From assembly GCA_012729095.1 (NCBI GenBank), contig JAAYDU010000052.1:560-64559 (forward strand): a DNA stretch of 64,000 nt, given 5' to 3'. The notes beneath the pieces were generated by a model. It saw nothing but the letters and a program-made list of their open reading frames with translations, searched no databases and had not been told where the DNA came from. The stretch comes from Methanobacteriota archaeon. Its GTDB lineage: Archaea; Thermoplasmatota; Thermoplasmata; Methanomassiliicoccales; UBA472. This document shows positions 52,771 through 61,134 of this stretch, one piece after another (positions within the stretch are counted from its first letter, which is position 1; every line of letters begins with the position of its first letter). The position numbers were made by a program, and so were the translations under genes.

Positions 52771-55509
52771 TCAGATCCTGCCGCTCTTCTTAAGGAAGAA
52801 GAACGCTCCCACGCCGACCGCGGCCAGCACGACGATGATGATCGCGATGATCAGCATCGTGCTCATGCCTTCCTCAGGGGTGGCCGAGACCGTATCGCTA
52901 TCCGAACCCTCTCCGGCTGGGTTCACGGCGGTCACGTAGTAGAAGTATTCCTTCCCGTTCTCCAGGCCAGTGTCCTTATAGGATGTCACATCACCTTCAA
53001 CGGTGGCGATCAGGAGGTAGATCCCGGTCTCGTTCTTGCGGTAGATGTTGTACTTCTCGATGGCCGCACCGCCGGTGTCGGGCTCGTCCCAGTCAAGCTG
53101 AACGGCCTTGTCCTTGCCCTTGGCGTCCACATCGGGCGCTCCAGGGAGCGTGCAGGGGGTTGCTGACACCTGGTTGGATAGCTGGCTGTTTCCCTCGGAG
53201 TTCACGGCTGCGACCGAGTACGTGTATACTATGCCGTTCTCCACGTTCATGTCGGTGAAGGTGGTGACGGAGCCAGAGACATCTGTGTACCTGACCATTG
53301 CGGATGTTCCGTTCGAGCGGAATATGGCATATTCCGTTATCTCCGCTCCCCCATCATTATCCGGAGCGTTCCAGTTCAGAGTCACCCGCTCGTCGCCCAC
53401 CGTGGCGGTCAGGTTGGTCGGGGCGGTGGCGGCCATCAGAGAGGTGGTGTACCTGAGGTCCTTGGTCACTGGATTGTAATAGCTGACGTGGGCGCGGTCC
53501 TGGGAATCGATGGCCATGGAGATAACGTTCCCGCAACCACTGAGGTCTATCTTCTGATACATCCAGATCCCGTTCCTCTTCTCCGCGTATTTCAGTACGC
53601 CGGAGCCGTCACTGTCCACGTAGACGATGTGCTCATCCCCGCGCTCGTCGACCTTGATCGAACTTCCGATACCGACGACCCCATCGGACTCGATGATCTC
53701 CGCAGCGCCCCATTGACCGCCCACATCGTTGATGTATTTCAGCAGGCTCAGGTCCTTGTTGTAATAGGTCACGTAGATCTGGTCAAGGGGATCTATGAAC
53801 ATGGAAAGCCCAAATCCCAGCTGACCACTGGAATCCAGGGATTCCTTGGCCCATGATGATTCCGCCTGATAAGCGTGGATGAGATTCCCACCGCGGTAGT
53901 ATACCACATGGACCATGTTCAGTGAATCTACGGCCAGTGAGACTTGACCGGTCACGGTGCCGCTGTTCTCTATGATCCCAACGATCCAGTCCCCCTCTGC
54001 GTTGCCAGTGTACTTCAGGTTGTTGGCGGCGCTGTTCAGGTACGCTATGTGCACCTTGCCGTTGTGGTCAATGGCTATTGAGCTGTAAATGCCAACATCC
54101 CCCGATCCATCCAGCGTTCGAACGTCCCAGCTTCCCCCGGCGTTCGTGGCGTACTTGAGAGTACGGGCACCATCACCGTCGTGATAGCTGATGTGGACGT
54201 TCCCTTCTTCGTCCAGGGTCAGGGAGGGGGACATGCCCATCATTGCGCTGGAGTTGTCAACGACCTCTGTGTTCCAGCCGTCGACATTGTTGGCGTACTT
54301 CAGACTGCTGTTGGAGTTGTCGTAGTAAGCTATGTGCACGTTACCATCGGCATCCACCGCGATCGAGCTGTGCTCGCCAACTATGCCATCTTCGTCCAAG
54401 GTCTCCTGGGCCCACGTAGCCCCGGAGTTCGTGACGTAGGACAGGTGAGTGGAGGTATCGACCAGGTCTATGTAGACGATGTGCTGCTTTCCGTTCTGAT
54501 CGGACACGACCGCACTGCATGTGCCTCCAGTCTCGTCCAGAACATAATATTCCCATCCCTCGCCATCGAAGAACGCGTAGCAGAGGTTCTGACCTAATGG
54601 ATCGTAGTAGGTGACATGATAAGTATCACCGCCTTCGGCATCGAGGGAGAGCCACCACGAGGAAACGTTAGTGGTATCGTCGACAACTGTGGTGCCCCAC
54701 ACACCGCTGGTACCCCGGGTCGCGAGCTTGAGATCGTTGGTCACTGTGTCGTAGTACAATATGCACGCCCTGCCATTGATCAGGTCAATATCGATCTCGT
54801 TTCCAAATGAGGATGCTGTATCCACCTGCTCGAAGGTCCAGTTGGCGTCACCCTTGGTCGCGTAGCTTAGTTGGTTGGTACTCGTAACGTATGCTACATG
54901 GACCTGCCCGGCCGATGCGATCATGCTATTGCCGGGGTTAACGTTCTCGACCACCGTGCTCGTGTCCCATCCGGACCCTGAGCTCTCGGCCATCTTCAGA
55001 TTTGAATTGGTGTGGTCCCTGTATGTGATGTAGACATTGCCATCGTCACAGGCAATAGAGTTGAATTCTCCAACGACACCTGCCGAGTCAACGGTCTCTA
55101 TCGACCACTGGCCGGTGTTGCCTCGCGCATATTTCAGGTCGTTCAGGGTTGCGTCGTAGTAACTTATGTGAACCTTACCGTCGCCGCCCACGGCGATGGA
55201 ATTGTATCTGCCGACATCTCCACCTTCATCTACGACCTCATAAACCCATATACCACCGCTGTTGGTGGCGTACATTATGTTGCGGCCTATGGAATCGTAG
55301 TATGACACGTGGAGAAATCCATCAGTGTCGATCGCTTCATCCAATACATTGCTAACCTCGGATTCACTATCGATGGTACCCTTCATCCACGAGGTCTCAT
55401 CGAATGTCGCTGCGGCTCCAGAAACGCCGCCGAACGAGAAGACCGTGATTAGAAGGGGCATCAATAGTAACCATGCTACGGCTGATGCTCTCAGCTTGTT
55501 TTTTTGCAT
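52771..55509 (-). CDS. Cell-surface protein: signal peptide, ~14 tandem ~46-aa beta-propeller-like repeats, two FN3 domains, C-terminal TM anchor
   Basis: Repeats of the form VD..G.VG.YSSIA.D..G.VHI.YYD...N.LKYA....G.W. FN3-like segments (APTNLTATVGDERVTLNWNAP...; VQLDWDEPDTGG...). Anchor MLIIAIIIVVLAAVGVGAFFF followed by LKKSGRI. Confidence 0.85.
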   Translation of the reverse strand: MQKNKLRASAVAWLLLMPLLITVFSFGGVSGAAATFDETSWMKGTIDSESEVSNVLDEAIDTDGFLHVSYYDSIGRNIMYATNSGGIWVYEVVDEGGDVGRYNSIAVGGDGKVHISYYDATLNDLKYARGNTGQWSIETVDSAGVVGEFNSIACDDGNVYITYRDHTNSNLKMAESSGSGWDTSTVVENVNPGNSMIASAGQVHVAYVTSTNQLSYATKGDANWTFEQVDTASSFGNEIDIDLINGRACILYYDTVTNDLKLATRGTSGVWGTTVVDDTTNVSSWWLSLDAEGGDTYHVTYYDPLGQNLCYAFFDGEGWEYYVLDETGGTCSAVVSDQNGKQHIVYIDLVDTSTHLSYVTNSGATWAQETLDEDGIVGEHSSIAVDADGNVHIAYYDNSNSSLKYANNVDGWNTEVVDNSSAMMGMSPSLTLDEEGNVHISYHDGDGARTLKYATNAGGSWDVRTLDGSGDVGIYSSIAIDHNGKVHIAYLNSAANNLKYTGNAEGDWIVGIIENSGTVTGQVSLAVDSLNMVHVVYYRGGNLIHAYQAESSWAKESLDSSGQLGFGLSMFIDPLDQIYVTYYNKDLSLLKYINDVGGQWGAAEIIESDGVVGIGSSIKVDERGDEHIVYVDSDGSGVLKYAEKRNGIWMYQKIDLSGCGNVISMAIDSQDRAHVSYYNPVTKDLRYTTSLMAATAPTNLTATVGDERVTLNWNAPDNDGGAEITEYAIFRSNGTSAMVRYTDVSGSVTTFTDMNVENGIVYTYSVAAVNSEGNSQLSNQVSATPCTLPGAPDVDAKGKDKAVQLDWDEPDTGGAAIEKYNIYRKNETGIYLLIATVEGDVTSYKDTGLENGKEYFYYVTAVNPAGEGSDSDTVSATPEEGMSTMLIIAIIIVVLAAVGVGAFFFLKKSGRI

Positions 55510-56351
55510 CCCAAATCCCTCCGATTATTAAGAAAGTTAGCAAATATATTATCTTTAACATATTTGAATTGAATGTTTATAAAATATTATTATATTAGAT
55601 TACGATATTAATTATTCAATTATACGTATTAATTTTTATATAGTTGTTATATTAGTGATATTTATTTAGCATTATCATTTACACTAGTAATGGCCTTATC
55701 ATGAAAAAATTCGTTCCTTTCTTGTATGAATATTTGTTCTAAAATAATGTAAACGCCGTGAACGTTCCAAATATATTTTAAATGTGAGAATATCTGTAAA
55801 ATGCTGTTAAGCGTTAACAGCGCTGTTTTATACTGCTCGGGACAGATTTGATTTTTTGAATATCAAATGGGAATCTTCGATAAATAGAGGAAGAAGGGGT
55901 CCTGGGTCGCTGACCTAGAACATAAGACCGTCGCCTGGACGGCGGTCGGGGATGATTAGCGCTCGAAGCCCGTCATGGCACTGAAGAAAGCTGGACTGGT
56001 GGACCTGTTGGATAAGTAAGTACCGTTCACAGTTTTCGTTCCCAACTCATCCGTTTTCGTCGATCTGCCGCAAGGGACGCTGGACGGGTTGCTGAAGGAC
56101 AAGGCGCTCTCAACCGCCTTGTCGTTGAGGGCGCCATGTCCATGGATGCGCTTGGGGCGAGATCGGGCGTCACAGCAATGGACGGCAAGTAACTGGGCGT
56201 CGAGGATGGCGGTTTGGTGAGTATCGCAAATGCCGGAATGTTCCGCGCGAACATAAAATGCCGTAAAGGGCAAGTCCACGTGTGGATGGGTACTGGTTCC
56301 CTGAAAGGTTTCCGGTCGCAGGGAGTTGCCCCCCTGCGTTTTCGTTCTTTC

Positions 56352-56882
56352 CTACGGAGCGCCCACGGAGGTGCCAGGTATTACCGGTGGCTTGTAGACC
56401 CTGGCGGCCAGCTGGCCATCCAGCTGCATGAGACCGGGGGTGTGATCGCCGATCCGGTTGAGCTTCTTCATCAGAGTGGATGTGTTGTCCTCTTCCTCGA
56501 CCTGCTCGGCCACGTACCATTGCAAGAACTGGTTGAAGGCGTGGTCCTTTTCCTTGATGGCAAGGTCGACCAGTTTGTTGATCTTGACCGTTACGACATT
56601 TGCCTCGTGCTCGTAAGCGTCCGCGAATACCTCTGCGGCTGACGCCCACTCCTTCTTCGGCGCGTCAATGGTCGTCAGGACAACTCGTCCACCGCGTGTG
56701 TTCACGAACTGTATCAATCCCTCAGCGTGAGCTAGCTCCTCCTGGGTCTGCACGTTCATCCAATTGGCCATACCAGGGAGGTCAATGGATTGCAGGTACA
56801 TCTCCATGGATTTGTAGAGGTAGGCCGAATAGATCTCGGCGTTTATCTGATTGTTCAATGCTTTCTCTATGCTTGTCTTCAT
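56352..56882 (-). CDS. ftn: Ferritin (non-haem, Ftn-like)
   Basis: IEKALNNQINAEIYSAYLYKSMEMY...QEELAHAEGLIQF...AYEHEANV...QWYVAEQVEEE ferroxidase-centre pattern. Confidence 0.9.
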   Translation of the reverse strand: MKTSIEKALNNQINAEIYSAYLYKSMEMYLQSIDLPGMANWMNVQTQEELAHAEGLIQFVNTRGGRVVLTTIDAPKKEWASAAEVFADAYEHEANVVTVKINKLVDLAIKEKDHAFNQFLQWYVAEQVEEEDNTSTLMKKLNRIGDHTPGLMQLDGQLAARVYKPPVIPGTSVGAP

Positions 56883-57045
56883 AATGTGATCACTGGAAAT
56901 GCATTGGTAGCCTCTCGCTTAAAAAACCTTCTTCCTGTCCTTGAGCAGAACGATAAATGGGAGGCGTTCCTCTAAATTAATATGCTATATTATTTTAGTA
57001 TGTTGCTTAATAACATATTTAATATTAACAATGATCATAAACATC

Positions 57046-57213
57046 TCATAATATGGGCATTTCCTCCGATTTTTTCTCTTCGGCCTCGTAGATATCGCAG
57101 AGCTCGTTCAGAAATTGATCGTAGGTGCGCCTGAACTTCAACTTGTACAGACGGTCCCTTGTCCTCTCTGTCAATTGTATCGTTGTCTTTCCATCGGACA
57201 TCGCTCTCACCAT
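57046..57213 (-). CDS. Small ribbon-helix-helix (CopG/Arc-like) protein
   Basis: MVRAMSDGKTTIQLTERTRDRLYKLKFRRTYDQFLNELCDIYEAEEKK: beta-strand, helix, helix RHH pattern. The longer 115-aa track ORF extends into Asn/Ile-rich AT-rich sequence and is unlikely to be real. Confidence 0.5.
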   Translation of the reverse strand: MVRAMSDGKTTIQLTERTRDRLYKLKFRRTYDQFLNELCDIYEAEEKKSEEMPIL

Positions 57214-57585
57214 AGTACTATAGTTATACATAGTAATATGTTTAATAAATATCTTATTGTTAAAAATAGTATTATTTATTTTATACTTTACAATATTTCT
57301 ATGTTTACTATTATTAATATCTATACTATTGAATTTGATAGTACATTGTACAGACCAGTTCAAATTTGTATGCGACGGACTCCCTAACGTCAACTTGAAA
57401 GGGGGGGAAAACAGGTTTTCCCCCCTCCCTTTCGTCGAAAATACTGCATTCCCTTAGAAGTCCCCTAGACCACGGGTTCGGCCGATCTTGAGGTACGGTT
57501 CCGGTTCTCCCGCAATCCGATGTTTCGTAAGCTCATCTTGAGAAATCGGGGGATCGCAATTTTAAGAAAGGTGAAATGTGCGATT

Positions 57586-57607
57586 AAAAAAAAGTTGCTA
57601 GAAAAAA
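57586..57607 (-). terminator. Oligo-T archaeal-type terminator downstream of 57652..58218
   Basis: On the minus strand, TTTTTTCTAGCAACTTTTTTTT (T6 and T8 runs) lies about 45-65 nt after the stop codon. Confidence 0.45.
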
Positions 57608-57651
57608 TTTGAACGGGTAAGTGGTTTGAGGCTTTTGCTCGGTGCGCTCGC

Positions 57652-58218
57652 TCAGGCCTTTATGAGCAGCGGGAGCACCTGCTTTCCCTTGACGACCAAG
57701 AACATCACTGCGGTCCCGATGTAGAACGCCAGCAATGCCGTCAGAAGCCAGAAGACCCCCATGATCATCCTGAAGTCGTTGGTCCACAGGTCGCCACCGT
57801 CCCACCAGAACGCGGTGAGCAGCACAGCGAGTCCTGCCACGAAAAGCAGGATCGGCAGCATCTTGACCGGCTGAGCCAGCGAGACGACGCCGATGATCAG
57901 CAGGACCACGCCTACGAACCCTACCGCGGTGGCGCCCGCCATGGTCGATGGATCGCTGGTGATGCCGCCGAAGGCCAGCAGGAACACTGCCAGAACGCCG
58001 CAGACCCCGGTCAACAGCAAGTTCTCGTTCAAATAGGCGATTATGGCACAGAATGCCAAACCGGCCCCTACCCAGGGCGCCATGCCCAATATTGCAGCCA
58101 AGGTGTCATACTGGTCCAACCCGAACATAGCTATCACGATAGCTATGAACGCGATAAGGAAGCATGCCAATGGTTCGACCATAGCCACCTTAACGTGTAC
58201 GTTGCTTTCTTCTGCCAT
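57652..58218 (-). CDS. Six-TM membrane protein, GPR1/FUN34/YaaH (SatP)-like, possibly an acetate/succinate channel
   Basis: 188 aa from ATG 58218 (GGAGAG 8 nt upstream). Size, six helices, and AYLNEN / VLPL positions loosely resemble SatP. The function call is weak. Confidence 0.55.
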   Translation of the reverse strand: MAEESNVHVKVAMVEPLACFLIAFIAIVIAMFGLDQYDTLAAILGMAPWVGAGLAFCAIIAYLNENLLLTGVCGVLAVFLLAFGGITSDPSTMAGATAVGFVGVVLLIIGVVSLAQPVKMLPILLFVAGLAVLLTAFWWDGGDLWTNDFRMIMGVFWLLTALLAFYIGTAVMFLVVKGKQVLPLLIKA

Positions 58219-58577
58219 TTTTATCTCTCCTTTTCTGTGGACATAAAGAAAGGACAAGGTCTATTCCCAGATGGCGATGAAGGCGCCATTTCCTGACACC
58301 CTCATAACATCTGATGATTTCTCTCCCATGTGATCCCCTCTCCCTTCGGACTGTCCCCTGAGATCGTCTTAACAATCCCGTTTAATGTATCCCTTGAGGA
58401 GGATAATATATACTTTATTGGTTAACCAGTGTTAATGAATTTTTTTATAAGGTGTTAAATATCAAAAAGTGAAACCTACACTTAACGCGCTTAATTTTCA
58501 ATTAGATATAAGTATTCTGAATCCTTTTTATAAGGCCCCAATAATAAGAAATACTAATGTTTTTGAAAGATGATTAT

Positions 58578-59423
58578 TCAATCATCTGGACGTTCTTTTT
58601 TACACCTTTCCGGGAGAAGTTTGGGCTTGGCGTGCTTTGGATTCCTCACCCTGCGTGAGATCTCGAGCTGGACCTGGTTGAACGTGCCTGCGTCCACCAC
58701 TGGAATGTGATCGGAAGGGATGACCAGGTCCTCCCATCTCAGATAACCGGCGTATACCGGGTTGTGCAGTATGCGACCTATCGACCAGACCGTCCAGTCA
58801 TTCTCGGTGCGAGTCGTAACCCCGCTCCGATTCAATCCCCAGGCGATCATCTCCATGGTCTGGCCAGAGAGATATTGATTGAATATCGAGCGGACAACCT
58901 GAGCCTCGTCCTCGTCAATGTGAAGCACCCCTTCCCTGAGCCGGTATCCAAAGGGGACCCGGAACCCCAGCAGCCCCTGGCCGGACTCAGCCTTCTGCCT
59001 CATTCCCATGTAGGTTCGCTCGCCGATCTGCTCGCTTTCCAGCTGGGCGATCCTTTGTATGATATCGACCACGAAACGGCCGACGGCGTTGGAGGTGTCC
59101 AGGGATTCGTTCATCGAGGTGAACTTCTTGCCCCACTTCTCCAGGTTCTCCATCATTATCATGAAGTTCTTGGAATTGCGATGTATGCGGTCCATCTTCA
59201 TGACGAGCAGAATGTCCCACCTATCGCGCTCTTCCATCATCCTGTGATATGCTGGCCGTCGAGTGTTGCGCCCCGAGTGGCCTTCATCGATGTAATAATC
59301 GGCGATCTCCCAGCCCTGCGCGTCGCAGTAAGCCTCCAGGCGTTGCTTCTGGGCTGCCAGGGAGAATCCTTCCTTGGCCTGGTCTTCGGTGGAGACCCTG
59401 GTGTATATGGCCACCCTAGGCAT
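58578..59423 (-). CDS. Serine recombinase (resolvase catalytic domain + recombinase domain, no large C-terminal Zn/coiled-coil region)
   Basis: VAIYTRVSTEDQ catalytic Ser motif, DRIHRNS, IAQLESEQIGER, then a recombinase-domain-like segment (PFGYRL...; WSIGRILHNPVYAG). Confidence 0.88.
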   Translation of the reverse strand: MPRVAIYTRVSTEDQAKEGFSLAAQKQRLEAYCDAQGWEIADYYIDEGHSGRNTRRPAYHRMMEERDRWDILLVMKMDRIHRNSKNFMIMMENLEKWGKKFTSMNESLDTSNAVGRFVVDIIQRIAQLESEQIGERTYMGMRQKAESGQGLLGFRVPFGYRLREGVLHIDEDEAQVVRSIFNQYLSGQTMEMIAWGLNRSGVTTRTENDWTVWSIGRILHNPVYAGYLRWEDLVIPSDHIPVVDAGTFNQVQLEISRRVRNPKHAKPKLLPERCKKERPDD

Positions 59424-60273
59424 GCGCTTCGCTCCGGAACAAAGATCTGGCCGGTATGCGCTTGGGGCTAGGCTTGGACTTGATCCTGAGGGCGGAGATC
59501 TCCTGCACTTCCTGGAAAAGCTGCGCGTCTATCATTTTGAGATGGGGCGCGTCCTGAACTATTCCATCCCATACCAGTTCACCGAGGTATATACGATTTG
59601 TCAGAATGCCGTGCACGGTGGACCTCTGCCACTTTCCCCCGTTCTTGGTGGGGGCGCCAGAGGCCTTCAGTCCATCGATTATCTGTCCCAATGAGCAAAG
59701 GTTGGCGGCCATTCTGAATATCCTTTCGACCACCAACGATTCTTCATCGTCCACTGTCATCTGACCATCCAGATACTTGTACCCGTAGGGTTCAGGGCTT
59801 CCCAGGTGACCTTTCTTCTCCAATGCCTTCTGGGTCATGGCCACCTTTACCCTTTCTCCGATCTGCTCGCTCTCCAGCTGGGCGATCCTCTGGACGGTGT
59901 CCATTACGAAACGCCCTATGGCAGTGGTGGTATCGAAGTTCTCCTGGGTGGAGTTGAACTCCTTGTTCCAGGAACGAAGGAAGTCCATCATCATGGTGAA
60001 GTTGCGGCTGTTGCGATGGATACGGTCCATCTTGAGCACCACAATGACATCCCATGTGTCCTTGTCGTGCATCATCCTCTTGTACTCTGGCCTTTCGGGA
60101 CTTCTGCCGCTGTAGCCGTCATCCACGTACTCGTTGACGACGGTCCAACCTCTTGCTATGCAGTACGATCTTAAGCGTTTGAGCTGCGCAGCTATGCTGT
60201 AACCATCCCGGGCCTGGTCCTCAGTGGACACCCTTGCATAGATCGCTGCTCTCAATTGCTTATCGTCTGACAT
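59416..60273 (-). CDS. Serine recombinase, tandem paralog of 58578..59423
   Basis: AAIYARVSTEDQ, DRIHRNS, IAQLESEQIGER, PYGYKY..., VHGILTNRIYLG. Roughly half the residues match the downstream paralog by eye. 8-nt overlap. Confidence 0.88.
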   Translation of the reverse strand: MSDDKQLRAAIYARVSTEDQARDGYSIAAQLKRLRSYCIARGWTVVNEYVDDGYSGRSPERPEYKRMMHDKDTWDVIVVLKMDRIHRNSRNFTMMMDFLRSWNKEFNSTQENFDTTTAIGRFVMDTVQRIAQLESEQIGERVKVAMTQKALEKKGHLGSPEPYGYKYLDGQMTVDDEESLVVERIFRMAANLCSLGQIIDGLKASGAPTKNGGKWQRSTVHGILTNRIYLGELVWDGIVQDAPHLKMIDAQLFQEVQEISALRIKSKPSPKRIPARSLFRSEAHA

Positions 60274-60664
60274 GTGACCGCTGAATCATCATTGAATTGC
60301 ATTATTAGATATATAATAGCTGACGTTTGTCGGACAAAATAACATATGATATATGTATATACTATATTTTTTTAGTTAATATAGCATATATGTTAAATTT
60401 ATAAGAGTTCAACGGCGCATTGTTTCGTGCTTTGTGATAAGCAACACGTTCTATAATATTATTTTATGTAGTTTAGTTATCACATATAATTTTTTAGCAC
60501 TGTAACAAATATATATCTTATAGTAGTATATTATATAAAATATTTATATAAGCTGGACACCAGAAACTAGCTGGGATGATTGATCGAGATTAATAATATT
60601 TTATTCTTCATATTTATATTTGTGAACGAAAGAAATATCTCACCGCATGTGACTTGATACCATC

Positions 60665-61132
60665 ATGGTCAAAGCGGAGGGTATTTCCGGCCTTACCAAG
60701 ACGTTCCGGGAGGCATTGAACGAAATTGAAGATGGAAGCAATGTGCTTTTTGTGGGATCGGAAGCGGTGTGTCCCCCCTTCGCTCAGTTGCTGGCCTACG
60801 CCGTCAGGGACCGCAAGATGAATTTCGGCTTTTGCCCCAAAGCAGCATGGGACAGCAGCCGGACCATGGTATGGGTGGAAGGTGCGGGTTACCAGGTGGG
60901 AAAGGCAAAGTTCGAACCTGGCGAGTCCGATGTCATAGTGCTGCTCGGGGGACTGGCAATAGCCAAGTTCGGCTGCCCCGTGGAGGACGTCAAGGCCCTG
61001 ATATCGCAGATACCCAGGCATAAGATGGTCGTGGGACTGGGGTTCATGGACGTGTTCCGCAGGATGGGATGGAACACCGCCCTGCATTTCGACGTGCTCC
61101 TGGACTCGTACATATCGGCAGAGGTGCTCTGA
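60665..61132 (+). CDS. Conserved hypothetical protein (possibly DUF2124-like; uncertain)
   Basis: 155-aa ORF with normal composition immediately after an AT-rich spacer. No motif recognised with confidence. Confidence 0.55.
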   Translation: MVKAEGISGLTKTFREALNEIEDGSNVLFVGSEAVCPPFAQLLAYAVRDRKMNFGFCPKAAWDSSRTMVWVEGAGYQVGKAKFEPGESDVIVLLGGLAIAKFGCPVEDVKALISQIPRHKMVVGLGFMDVFRRMGWNTALHFDVLLDSYISAEVL

Positions 61133-61134
61133 TC

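Larger units (their letters stand above)
55510..60664. mobile_element. Candidate integrated element / recombination-prone island (boundaries not defined)
   Basis: Five very AT-rich spacers (about 55510-55950, 56890-57045, 57214-57400, 58380-58577, 60274-60664) separate short gene blocks. Includes two tandem serine recombinases and a small RHH protein. No flanking att repeats could be established by eye. Confidence 0.35.

Noticed and set aside
56950-57045. AT-rich inverted repeats (TTAATAT / ATATTAA) upstream of ferritin, considered as a possible iron-regulator operator
   Set aside because: Short palindromes of pure A/T are expected in such AT-rich DNA, and I cannot distinguish them from chance without statistics or comparative data.
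57214-57393. Upstream extension of the RHH ORF (115-aa track ORF), and the plus-strand ORFs 57115..57387 and 57257..57457
   Set aside because: These are translations of the ~170-bp extremely AT-rich spacer (Asn/Ile/Lys/Tyr/Phe runs). Open frames are expected there by chance because stop-free AT-rich repeats are short.
57440-57560. tRNA-like fragments (GTGGTCTAGGGG-like on the minus strand) considered as a possible tRNA remnant or att site
   Set aside because: No acceptor, anticodon or T-arm structure could be folded. The resemblance is limited to a D-loop-like string.
55940-60585. Shared 9-mer GGGATGATT near 55943 and 60576, considered as possible att direct repeats of the island
   Set aside because: Only 9 bp match and the flanking bases differ. 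A 9-mer match between two ~400-bp regions is expected by chance about as often as not.
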